Assembly (NCBI GenBank): GCA_040289885.1 | Contig: PSLZ01000016.1 | Coordinates: forward strand, 1,551 to 65,550 | Direction: 5' to 3' | Source: Armatimonadota bacterium | Lineage (GTDB): Bacteria; Armatimonadota; HRBIN16 | DNA: 64,000 bases | Part shown: one piece after another, positions 41,798 to 50,634 of the stretch | How the letters are laid out: the number at the start of each line of letters is the position of its first letter | Numbering within the stretch: position 1 is the first letter of the stretch | Made by a program: the position numbers and the translations under genes | Notes under the pieces: generated by a model | The model's database searches: none | Told to the model about the DNA's origin: nothing | The model's input: the letters and a program-made list of their open reading frames with translations, nothing else

Positions 41798-42960
41798 ATC
41801 CCCAGCATCAGACGGATATCTTCCAGTTCGTCCTCCATGAAGGATGCTAATCCTCCTGTAATCTGTCCCGCTTCGTTGACCTCCTGGGGGCGGCAGACGG
41901 TCTGCTTGTCCATTTTCTCCACAAGGTAAAACCGTACGGAGTGCACCGGCATCTGCTTGCCCGCAATCCGCGCAAGTAGGGCGGACACGAACACCTCGCT
42001 GTGTGTGGTCACGATTACCTGTTTCGCTTCGTCGGCGATAATGGCACATAGGGTTCGGACCAGCCGACGCATTACCGACGGATGCAGGTGTGCCTCTGGC
42101 TCTTCAATCAGCAAGGTGCGTACATGAGGCTGGTGCAGTTTTGCCAGCAGGTATACCAACTGGTTCACACCGAACCCATCGTTGCACAGAAACGACGGCA
42201 AACGAGCCTCTTTGTCGGTACTCTGCAGGTATACGATGGCTGTGCCCGGCGGGGTATAGAGCCTGAAGTCTCTACCAGTGATTCGCTCAAGGTCCGCGGA
42301 TATTTTGGCAGGCATGTAAGGGTCAGTAATAATGCTGGTGGCGACCTCATCTTCCGAGACGGGCATTGCACTGAGCGGTACAGGGTTGTAATAGGGCTTG
42401 AAAAATCCTCTTTTGTGCGGTGCGATGTCTACCCGGCGCAGTGCCTCGGGGATGCTATTGAGCCGATGCGCCAGATCGTGCGCCCGCTCCTGTACCGCTT
42501 CGCCCGCAGTTTCTGCGGTGACACTGGCTGCAATGCCATCCCACTTGATGGAGCAGGTCCCGTCGCCGTACATTTGGGTTACGGTCTGATTGAGCGCGTA
42601 CGGGAAACTCACCTCCAGGTGCAGGTCTATTTCAGAGGACTTCAGGTAAAACGCGCTGGAGTTTTTGCGTAATGTTAACCCGTATTCACCGGCATCCGTG
42701 CCAGCCCGAATATCTACCTCACCGTCTTTGTCATGGGCGAAAACGCATTCCTCAAAGCCAGCGAGGTTCAGGAAGCCGAGATTGAAGAAGTTGTCGACAG
42801 ACTGGTTGGGATTGGCAACGACATTTCGGATGACCAAAGGCGCGTAAAGAACGCTGGACTTGCCGCTGGCGGTCGGTCCATACAGCACAGTCAGCGGCGC
42901 CAGATGAATCTCCTGCTCCTTGATAGAGCGAAAACCCCTAATCCGTAGCGATGTAAGCAT
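41794..42960 (-). CDS. ABC-type 'AAA_15/AAA_21' family ATPase of the kind found in antiphage and abortive-infection systems (PtuA/AriA/GajA/AbiL-ATPase-like).
   Basis: N-terminus MLTSLRIRGFRSIKEQEIHLAPLTVLYGPTASGKSSVLYA (Walker A). C-terminal TLLIEEPEAHLHPSVMRRLV (Walker B/D-loop) and VIVTTHS (H-loop). 388 aa. Confidence 0.75.
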   Translation of the reverse strand: MLTSLRIRGFRSIKEQEIHLAPLTVLYGPTASGKSSVLYAPLVIRNVVANPNQSVDNFFNLGFLNLAGFEECVFAHDKDGEVDIRAGTDAGEYGLTLRKNSSAFYLKSSEIDLHLEVSFPYALNQTVTQMYGDGTCSIKWDGIAASVTAETAGEAVQERAHDLAHRLNSIPEALRRVDIAPHKRGFFKPYYNPVPLSAMPVSEDEVATSIITDPYMPAKISADLERITGRDFRLYTPPGTAIVYLQSTDKEARLPSFLCNDGFGVNQLVYLLAKLHQPHVRTLLIEEPEAHLHPSVMRRLVRTLCAIIADEAKQVIVTTHSEVFVSALLARIAGKQMPVHSVRFYLVEKMDKQTVCRPQEVNEAGQITGGLASFMEDELEDIRLMLGI

Positions 42961-43017
42961 AGCGAGTTCCTCACCGGCAGTATTGTAGAGGATGGGATAT
43001 CCCTTGTCAATGCGGTA

Positions 43018-44826
43018 TCATCCGCGCTTGAAACGCTTCTCCAGCTCCTCGATGCTCAGCACCAGCACCACCGGGCGACCGTGCGGGCACAGGTAGGGGT
43101 TCTCGGTTTCTGCCAGCTCCTGCAGAAGGTGCGTCATTTCGGCGTGGGAGAGCAAGTCGCCCGCTTTGACCGCCATTTTGCACGCGGTGGTGGCGACCAG
43201 CGTTTCGTCGGTGAGGGGGAGGCGTCGCTGGATGCCCAGCTCGGAGATCTCGTCCAGCAGGTCTCGCACGATGGCCTCCACGTTGCGCTGTCCGAGCCAC
43301 GCTGGCACCCCCCGAAGTACCACGCTGTCACTGCCAAACGGCTCTATCACGAACCCCATCGTCTGCAGTTCCTGTTGATGCTCGCCCAGGAGGGTAGCGG
43401 TACGCCGGTCCAGATGAAACACCAGCGGCGTGAGCAGGTGCTGGATCGGGATGGATTGCTTCTGTCGCAGGACGGTGAGCTTCTCATACAGCACCCGCTC
43501 GTGCGCGACATGCTGGTCGATAATCAGTAGTCCCCGCAGGGAAGAGGCGATAATGTAGGTGCGGTTGACCTGTCCCAGCACCTGAAACCCCTCCAACATC
43601 TCTGCGTAGGGGCGCGTCGCGGGGGACACCTCGGCGGGGGGAGCGTAGGCAGGGTCGACGCCCGCGCGACGCAGTAGCTCCGCATGAAGTAGCTCCTGCG
43701 GTGGAGGAGGTGCGGGTTGCCACACGGTTTGTGCCGGCGTGGGGCGTTCGGAGGGTGCAGGGATTTCCAGTCCGCTCTGTAGTCCGGGCAAGGCGGAAGG
43801 GATCATGCCCTGTTGGAGCAGTGCCTGCCGTACGGCGTTCAGCACGGCATGATAGACCTCCCCTTCGTGGGCGAATTTCACCTCGGCTTTGGTGGGATGC
43901 ACGTTCACGTCCACGCTGTGGGGAGGCACGTTCAGAAAGATGGCGGCGATGGGATGCCGTCCCTCCGGGGTGAGGGTGCGGAAGGCGTCGTCCAGCGCAC
44001 GGGAGAGCACGCGGTGGCGCACCAGCCGACGGTTCACGAAGAAGCTCTGCATAGCGCGGGTGGGACGGGTGAGGTGTGGGGGCGAGATGTAGCCGGTGAT
44101 GTGCAGATAGCCCTCCGTGTAGTCGATGGTGCGCAGTTCGCGGGCAACATCGCGTCCGAACACCGCCAGCAGAGCGTGGCGAGGGTCACTGCTACCCTGC
44201 GAGGCAAAAATCTCCTGCCCGTTGTGCACCAGACGAAAAGAGATTTCGGGGAAGGCAAGGGCGAAACGCGTGATCAACTCGGTAATGTGCGAGAGTTCGG
44301 TGGCGGTGCTTTTGAGGAACTTCAGGCGGGCGGGTGTGTTGTAGAAGAGGTCGCGCACGGTGACGGTAGTGCCATCTCGGGCGGCGCACTCTTCCGCCTC
44401 CACTACCTGCCCGTTCTCCACCATCAGGCGCATCCCCGTGTCCAGGTCAGCGCGTTTGGTCACCAGCTCGAATCGGCTGACGGCAGCGATGCTGGGCAGA
44501 GCCTCGCCCCGGAACCCGAGGGTGATGATGGATTGCAGGTCGTCGGCGTCGCGAATCTTGGAGGTGGCGTGTCGCTGGATGCTGAGGAGGGCATCGGCAG
44601 GGCTCATTCCCTCCCCGTCGTCTACCACGCGGAGCAGGCGTTTACCGCCCTGTTCCACCTCCACGAGGATGGTGCGTGCCCCGGCGTCGATGCTGTTTTC
44701 TACCAGCTCTTTGACCACCGACGCCGGGCGCTCCACCACCTCGCCGGCGGCAATCCGGTTGACCGTGTGCTCTTCCAGCAGGTGAATCCGTGTTGGATAT
44801 GTGTGTACCGTTTCAGGCAGGCTCAC
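43018..44826 (-). CDS. mutL: DNA mismatch repair protein MutL.
   Basis: N-terminal NRIAAGEVVERPASVVKELVENSIDAG GHKL ATPase, and a C-terminal dimerisation/endonuclease domain. Confidence 0.9.
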   Translation of the reverse strand: MSLPETVHTYPTRIHLLEEHTVNRIAAGEVVERPASVVKELVENSIDAGARTILVEVEQGGKRLLRVVDDGEGMSPADALLSIQRHATSKIRDADDLQSIITLGFRGEALPSIAAVSRFELVTKRADLDTGMRLMVENGQVVEAEECAARDGTTVTVRDLFYNTPARLKFLKSTATELSHITELITRFALAFPEISFRLVHNGQEIFASQGSSDPRHALLAVFGRDVARELRTIDYTEGYLHITGYISPPHLTRPTRAMQSFFVNRRLVRHRVLSRALDDAFRTLTPEGRHPIAAIFLNVPPHSVDVNVHPTKAEVKFAHEGEVYHAVLNAVRQALLQQGMIPSALPGLQSGLEIPAPSERPTPAQTVWQPAPPPPQELLHAELLRRAGVDPAYAPPAEVSPATRPYAEMLEGFQVLGQVNRTYIIASSLRGLLIIDQHVAHERVLYEKLTVLRQKQSIPIQHLLTPLVFHLDRRTATLLGEHQQELQTMGFVIEPFGSDSVVLRGVPAWLGQRNVEAIVRDLLDEISELGIQRRLPLTDETLVATTACKMAVKAGDLLSHAEMTHLLQELAETENPYLCPHGRPVVLVLSIEELEKRFKRG

Positions 44827-45479
44827 TTCTCGGGGACCTTTGGTCCAGGGGGTATCGGCGGTCTGCCAGACGGCGTTTTGAGCATCTTGGTGTACCGCTC
44901 GATGCGCTCCTGGTACATTTTGACCTGCGGGTCGGTATCGGGCTTGCCCTGTTTCTTCAGTTTTGCCAACTGCTCTTTGGCTATTTCGATCTGCTTGGCG
45001 ATGATTTGCGGGGGCATAGTCATGCCTGGTGGCATGCCGGGTGGAGCCTGGAAGGCTTCAGGGTTCTCTTTGCGCCATCGCTCCATTGCCGCTTTCTGCC
45101 ATGCCCTATAGACGGCATCCCGTTTTTTGATCACCTCCGCGAGCTGCTTGACCAGCTCCAGCTTTTGCGCGTCCAATCGTTTGCGCTCTGCTGGGTCCTG
45201 TGTGCTGAAGCGTTTCCTGTCCAGCTCTACCGACCGGTTGATCAGGGCATCTCGCTGTTTCTCCAGCTGATGCAGTTGTGCAGCCAGAGCCTTCTCCCGC
45301 GGGCTGGGGTTGGGCTTCTTCTTGGGCAGCGGTGCCCCCTTTGGCAGGTTCAGCATCTCCTCCTTGATGATCGCCGGCTTGGGCACAGGCTTAGGGGTTT
45401 GCGTCTTTTCCTGTGCAAAGGCGATGCTGGTCGCCAGGAAGACTGCGGTCACAGCAACCGCAATCAAAGATTTCACCAT
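44823..45479 (-). CDS. Hypothetical periplasmic coiled-coil protein (Lys/Pro-rich), translationally coupled to mutL.
   Basis: AGGAGG SD before ATG 45479. Signal peptide MVKSLIAVAVTAVFLATSIAFAQ. Helical charged repeats. Confidence 0.55.
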   Translation of the reverse strand: MVKSLIAVAVTAVFLATSIAFAQEKTQTPKPVPKPAIIKEEMLNLPKGAPLPKKKPNPSPREKALAAQLHQLEKQRDALINRSVELDRKRFSTQDPAERKRLDAQKLELVKQLAEVIKKRDAVYRAWQKAAMERWRKENPEAFQAPPGMPPGMTMPPQIIAKQIEIAKEQLAKLKKQGKPDTDPQVKMYQERIERYTKMLKTPSGRPPIPPGPKVPEK

Positions 45480-45624
45480 CGAATCGACCTCCTGTAGCAG
45501 GACTGTATTCACCTTCATTATATACGAAACGGCGTGGCAGAGTTATCCATTCTTCTTCGGCAAAAACACCAGAACCGCATCTTGGGATATAATGAGAGCG
45601 GTAGAACTTGCGGATGGAGCGTTT

Positions 45625-48078
45625 ATGCGTTCACGACCTCGGAAGCGTTCGGTGACTCGTGCACTGCGCAGGCGTCGTCGCCCGGTTTGGCAACGCCTGC
45701 TGATCTATCTGCTTCTGCTGGTATTGCTGGGCATTGTGGTGGGTGGGGGGTATCTGGTGGTGCTCTTGATACAGGTCTCCAAGATGTTGCCCAGCAGTGG
45801 GCAGATCGCCAACATCAAGCCTTACGTTGGCACGCGTATCCTCTCGCAGGACGGGGTCGTGCTAGCTACCCTGACCAACGAGCGGCGCGAGTTGGCAAAG
45901 CTCTCCGAGTTCCCCAAAGCCCTCATCGATGCCATTGTAGCCATTGAGGACAGACAGTTCTACCAGCATCGCGGAATCAGCCCCAAAGCGGTGTTGCGTG
46001 CCGTGTGGGTAAACCTGCGAGCAGGCAGGTACGCCCAGGGAGGGAGTACCATCACCATGCAGTTGGCGCGAAACGCCTTTCTGAGCCAGCAGAAGACCTT
46101 CCATCGCAAACTGCAGGAAGCTCTGCTGGCACTGCAGATCGAACAGCACCTCACCAAAGAGCAGATTATGGAGACCTACCTCAACGAAGTGTATTTCGGC
46201 AGTGGGGCTTATGGAGCTAAGACCGCCGCGCGCGTGTACTTCGATAAGCCGCTGAACCGGCTGACCCTCGCCGAATGTGCTCTGCTGGCGGGATTGGTGC
46301 GCCGTCCCTCTGTGTATTCACCGCACGAGAACCTCGAGCTGGCTCTGAGCCGGCAGAAGGTGGTGCTGAAGCGCATGTTGGATCTCGGTTTGATTACCCC
46401 CCAGCAGTACGAAGAGGCGATACGCGAGCGGATTCGTATCGCTCCCTTGCGCCGGCAGGGGGTTGCCTATAAAGCGCCCTACTTTGTGTTTCACGTGCTG
46501 AAGCAATTAATGGAAGACTACGGCGCCGACCAGATTTACAAGGCAGGGTTGACCGTAGAGACCACCCTGAACTGGCGGATGCAGGAGGCCGCCGAGCGGG
46601 CACTGCGAGAGGGAATCGTCCAATACGGCAGAGGACAGGTCACGCAGGGCGCGCTGATCGCCATTGATCCCAAAACGGGCTACATCCGCGCGATGGTGGG
46701 CGGGGTGGAGTTCGGCAAATCGCAGTACAACGCAACCACCCAGGGGCGACGACAACCCGGCTCGGCGTTCAAGCCCATCGTCTACTGCACAGCCATCGAT
46801 AAGGGTGTGCTGACCCCCGACTCGCGCATTCTGGACGCACCGGTCAGCTATCCTTCCTATCCGAAGCCGTATCGTCCCAAGAACTCGGATGGTCGTTATC
46901 ATGGCTGGGTTACGGTGCGACAGGCGATAGCTTTTTCCATCAATATCCCGGCGGTGAAGACGCTCGCCATGGTGGGACCGGAGGCAGTGATTGAATATGC
47001 CCGCAAGCTGGGTATCACGTCACCGCTGGAGCCCAATCTATCGCTGGCGCTGGGGTCATCGGCGGTCAGTCCGATCGAGATGGCGGTGGCGTACAGCGTG
47101 TTCGCTTCGGGTGGAAACCGGTGTGAACCGATGGCGATTGTGCGGGTGCGCGATAGCGAGGGGAAGATCATCCAGGAAAACGCCCCCGACATCACCTATG
47201 GGGTGATATCCGAGAATACGGCGCAGGTGATGGACGACCTGCTGAAGGGGCCGGTGCACCTGCCGGGTGGTACTGCCTATCGGGTACTGCACGACTTTGC
47301 CGAGGCGCGGGGCAAAACGGGCACAACCGATGAAGGGCGCGATGCCTGGTTCGTGGGTTACACGCCCGAACTGACCACCGCGGTGTGGGTCGCACGCGAG
47401 GTAGTGGACCCGGTGAAGAAGCAGAAGGTATATCTGCCGATGCCGCGCATCTTCGGGGGCACGGTGTGCGCGCCGATCTGGAAGGCGTTCATGAGCGAGG
47501 CGGTTCCCCTGCAGAAACAGTGGCTGAACAAATTGGAGCCCGGCGATGTGCCTGTGAAACCCCAACAGCCAGAGAGCGTGGATACGGTCACGTTGATCCT
47601 GTGCGACGACACAGGCATGATCGCGACCCCTGCCTGCCCGCACACGCACAAGTTCACTTTCCGCCGCGGTAAAGAGCCCACGGAACGCTGTAGCCTGCAC
47701 GGCACCCAGTCACCGGTTGGTACAGACAATGTGAGACCTTCCCCCGCGGAAGAAGGACAGCCGGCGACTACCGTGCCTCAGGTACCGGAAACGTCGCCAC
47801 CACCTGCGACAACCGCGCCCGGCACTACCACGGCGGGCGAACCTGCCAACCTTCAGCCGCGTATCAGCGAGCCCCCGCCCGTGAGCGCGCCGGCGTCACC
47901 GCGACTTTCGGAACCGCTGGCGGTACGCCCACCTGCCACTGAGCGCGTGCGGATATGCGTAGATTCGGGTCTGCTGGCAACGCGCTATTGCCCAGAAGTC
48001 ATCGTGAAGACTTTTCCTGCAGGCAAAGCACCTAGGCGACGATGCAACCTGCACCGTCCTCCGCCGGGGGAGGAGTAA
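45625..48078 (+). CDS. Bifunctional class A penicillin-binding protein (PBP1A: GT51 transglycosylase + transpeptidase).
   Basis: Motifs EDRQFYQHRGI and GGSTITMQLARN (GT51), then SAFKP (SxxK), SIN and KTGT. The C-terminus has two Cys-containing modules separated by a P/T-rich linker. The track ORF carries a spurious 105-codon 5' extension. Confidence 0.9.
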   Translation: MRSRPRKRSVTRALRRRRRPVWQRLLIYLLLLVLLGIVVGGGYLVVLLIQVSKMLPSSGQIANIKPYVGTRILSQDGVVLATLTNERRELAKLSEFPKALIDAIVAIEDRQFYQHRGISPKAVLRAVWVNLRAGRYAQGGSTITMQLARNAFLSQQKTFHRKLQEALLALQIEQHLTKEQIMETYLNEVYFGSGAYGAKTAARVYFDKPLNRLTLAECALLAGLVRRPSVYSPHENLELALSRQKVVLKRMLDLGLITPQQYEEAIRERIRIAPLRRQGVAYKAPYFVFHVLKQLMEDYGADQIYKAGLTVETTLNWRMQEAAERALREGIVQYGRGQVTQGALIAIDPKTGYIRAMVGGVEFGKSQYNATTQGRRQPGSAFKPIVYCTAIDKGVLTPDSRILDAPVSYPSYPKPYRPKNSDGRYHGWVTVRQAIAFSINIPAVKTLAMVGPEAVIEYARKLGITSPLEPNLSLALGSSAVSPIEMAVAYSVFASGGNRCEPMAIVRVRDSEGKIIQENAPDITYGVISENTAQVMDDLLKGPVHLPGGTAYRVLHDFAEARGKTGTTDEGRDAWFVGYTPELTTAVWVAREVVDPVKKQKVYLPMPRIFGGTVCAPIWKAFMSEAVPLQKQWLNKLEPGDVPVKPQQPESVDTVTLILCDDTGMIATPACPHTHKFTFRRGKEPTERCSLHGTQSPVGTDNVRPSPAEEGQPATTVPQVPETSPPPATTAPGTTTAGEPANLQPRISEPPPVSAPASPRLSEPLAVRPPATERVRICVDSGLLATRYCPEVIVKTFPAGKAPRRRCNLHRPPPGEE

Positions 48079-48080
48079 CC

Positions 48081-49892
48081 ATGCGCGGACGGTTCGGGGT
48101 AGAGATGCCCGCACCACCGCAGGTGCCCCACTGGAAGCTATATGTGTCGCTGATCGTGCTGGGGTTTGCGGTGCTGGTTCTGCGCCTGTGGTATCTTCAG
48201 ATCGCGATGGGCGAGCAACTGCTGGCGCAATCGGAGAGCAATCGCAAGCGATTTATCCGCCTGTTCGCCCCTCGTGGGATGATTGTGGATCGCGCGGGAC
48301 GCACACTGGCAATGAACCGCCCCGAGTTCGTGGTCAGCGTCGTACCTGCCGAGGTAGGACGGGACGATTCGGTTCTGCGCCGACTAAGCCGGATTCTGGG
48401 CATGCCGCTGGAGGACATCCTACAGGTAGTGGGCAGTGCCAAACAGCGGGCGCAGAGGCTGTATCCGGTTCCGCTGGCGGTAGGGGTTCGGCTGGAGGTG
48501 GTCACGCGCGTAGAGGAGAACCGCCTGTGGCTTCCGGGCGTCAGCGTTAGCCCCCAGCCGGTGCGCTGGTATCCTGAGGGCAAGCTGGCATCGCATGTGC
48601 TGGGAATGCTGGGCGAAGTAGACGCTAAGGAGTTGGAGAAACTGCGCGACGCCGGAGTCTCTCAAGGCGAGTACGTGGGCAAGATGGGTGTGGAGAAGGC
48701 GCAAGAGGTGTGGCTTCATGGGCGGGCTGGCGGCAAATGGGTGGAGGTGGACGCTCGGGGACGCCAGCGGCGTGAGATCGAGGAGGTTCCCGCCGAACAG
48801 GGCGCTACGGTGATGCTGACCCTCGACAAAACCCTGCAAAAAGCGGCGGAAGAAGCGTTTGGTAGCAGGGTGGGGGCGGCGGTGGCAGTTGACCCGCGCA
48901 CGGGCGAAGTGCTTCTCATGGCAAGCTTCCCACGCTTTGACCCCAACGCCTTTGCACGCGGCGTCAAGCTAAACGTCTGGCGCGAGATCACGAGTAACCC
49001 TCTGAAGCCTCTGCAGAACCGCGCTATCGGTAGCCGATACCCGCCCGGCTCCACGTTCAAGATAGTGACCGCTGCGGCGGGATTGCACTCCGGCTCCATA
49101 ACGCCCTATACGCGTTTCTACTGCCCGGGCGCCTTGCAGTTGGGAAGATGGCGGTTCCGTTGTCATCGCACACACGGCGCGACCGACTTCGTGAAGGCAA
49201 TAGGGGCGTCCTGCGATGTCTACTTCTATCAGGTCGGATTGAGAACGGGCATCGAGAACCTGGCGCAGATCGCCCACACCTTCGGTCTGGGCGAGACGAC
49301 AGGTATTGACCTGGTGGGGGAGAGCAGGGGCAATATCCCCACGCCCGAGTGGAAGGAGAAACGCTACAAAGAAGGCTGGTACGACGGCGATACGGTCAAC
49401 GCCTCCATCGGACAGGGGTTTGTACAGTGTACCCCGCTTCAGATGGCGCTGGTTGCCTGCGCGGTGGCAAACCGGGGTAGCGTGATGAAGCCGTTCGTGG
49501 TCAAGCGCGTGATTCGCCCCGATGGCGTTGCGATAGATACTCAGCCGGCGGTGCTGAAGCAGATACCACTTGCCCCCGAATACTGGCAGTGGATTGAAAG
49601 AGGCATGCGCTCTGCGGTGGTGGCACCGGGCGGCACAGCGCACGCAGCAAACCTACCCGGTATCGCGGTAGCAGGCAAAACCGGCACCGCCGAGGACCCG
49701 CCAAGGCGTCGCCCCCATGCCTGGTTCATCTGCTACGCGCCCATGAAGAACCCGCGTATCGCGCTGGCAGTGGTGGTAGAACAGGGCGGGCACGGGGGAG
49801 CGGTCGCTGCGCCCATTGCAAGGCATATCTTGGAGACCTTCTTCGGCATCAGCCACGCCCACGCTCGCGGCGACGCCAGCGCAACGGACTGA
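48081..49892 (+). CDS. Class B penicillin-binding protein 2 (MrdA-like peptidoglycan D,D-transpeptidase).
   Basis: GGGGAGGAG SD before ATG 48081. N-terminal TM, then motifs STFK, SCD and KTGTAE. Confidence 0.85.
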   Translation: MRGRFGVEMPAPPQVPHWKLYVSLIVLGFAVLVLRLWYLQIAMGEQLLAQSESNRKRFIRLFAPRGMIVDRAGRTLAMNRPEFVVSVVPAEVGRDDSVLRRLSRILGMPLEDILQVVGSAKQRAQRLYPVPLAVGVRLEVVTRVEENRLWLPGVSVSPQPVRWYPEGKLASHVLGMLGEVDAKELEKLRDAGVSQGEYVGKMGVEKAQEVWLHGRAGGKWVEVDARGRQRREIEEVPAEQGATVMLTLDKTLQKAAEEAFGSRVGAAVAVDPRTGEVLLMASFPRFDPNAFARGVKLNVWREITSNPLKPLQNRAIGSRYPPGSTFKIVTAAAGLHSGSITPYTRFYCPGALQLGRWRFRCHRTHGATDFVKAIGASCDVYFYQVGLRTGIENLAQIAHTFGLGETTGIDLVGESRGNIPTPEWKEKRYKEGWYDGDTVNASIGQGFVQCTPLQMALVACAVANRGSVMKPFVVKRVIRPDGVAIDTQPAVLKQIPLAPEYWQWIERGMRSAVVAPGGTAHAANLPGIAVAGKTGTAEDPPRRRPHAWFICYAPMKNPRIALAVVVEQGGHGGAVAAPIARHILETFFGISHAHARGDASATD

Positions 49893-49944
49893 GCGATACC
49901 ACCTGTAGCAGTGACAAACAATCTACCTCACAGAATTGACACTA

Positions 49945-50520
49945 TCAGGGGGGGCACTGCCCTCCGCCGTAGCGGCTAGCGTACTCCGCCCGGAACGCCT
50001 CCAACGTGGGGTTGTCGAACAGCACCAGGCGCACCTCCTGCACACTGCTTTGCGGGTTCTGCGCGAAGTAGTCCTCGATCGCGCCCAGCATCACCCTGGC
50101 ACAGCGGTGCTTCGGGAAACCATAGATGCCCGCACTGATAGCGGGGAACGCCACCAGGCGCACCTGCAGGTCGTCCGCGCATTTCAGACTGCTCTGCACC
50201 GCGCTCGCCAGCAGGCGGTCTGCCTCCTCGGGCGTGTAGTTGCTCCAGATGGGACCGACGGCGTGGATGACGTAACGCGCGGGAAGCGCACCTGCCCCCG
50301 TTACCGCCGCGCTGCCTGTGGGCACGCGACCGATACGGTTGCTTTCTTCCTGAATGACCTGTCCGCCCGCGCGCACAATCGCGCCAGCCACGCCTCCGCC
50401 ATGCTGGAGCCACTCGTTCGCAGCGTTGACGATGGCGTCCACCTGTTGTTTGGTGATGTCGCCCTGAACCAGCAGAAGGCGTCGCTCGCCCAACGTTGTT
50501 TGTGCAATCACCTGGGACAT
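49945..50520 (-). CDS. Macro-domain protein (O-acetyl-ADP-ribose deacetylase, YmdB-like).
   Basis: Motifs LLLVQGDITKQQVDAIVNAAN, GGGVAGAI and FPAISAGIYGFP. Confidence 0.85.
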   Translation of the reverse strand: MSQVIAQTTLGERRLLLVQGDITKQQVDAIVNAANEWLQHGGGVAGAIVRAGGQVIQEESNRIGRVPTGSAAVTGAGALPARYVIHAVGPIWSNYTPEEADRLLASAVQSSLKCADDLQVRLVAFPAISAGIYGFPKHRCARVMLGAIEDYFAQNPQSSVQEVRLVLFDNPTLEAFRAEYASRYGGGQCPP

Positions 50521-50634
50521 TGCTGTCCTCCTGACGACCAGATGCCAACTCAGTGTAGCACAGGTTGGCGGGGACAGGCAAGATGCAGGACTGCCTGCCT
50601 TCTCGAACTAATCATGCAGGCGGGAGGGGAAGCG

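Noticed and set aside
45560-45600. Promoter call at gggatataat
   Set aside because: The -10 is good but there is no convincing -35. It was left unannotated.
45310-45624. 5' extension of the PBP1A ORF
   Set aside because: It overlaps the divergent periplasmic protein gene. PBP1A starts at MRSRPRKRS (45625), just before its TM helix.
49936-50634. N-terminal 233 codons of the 767-aa ORF
   Set aside because: Antisense to the macro-domain gene. The GH31 gene starts at the MKFTKGIW ATG (50635) behind a GGGAGGGGA SD.
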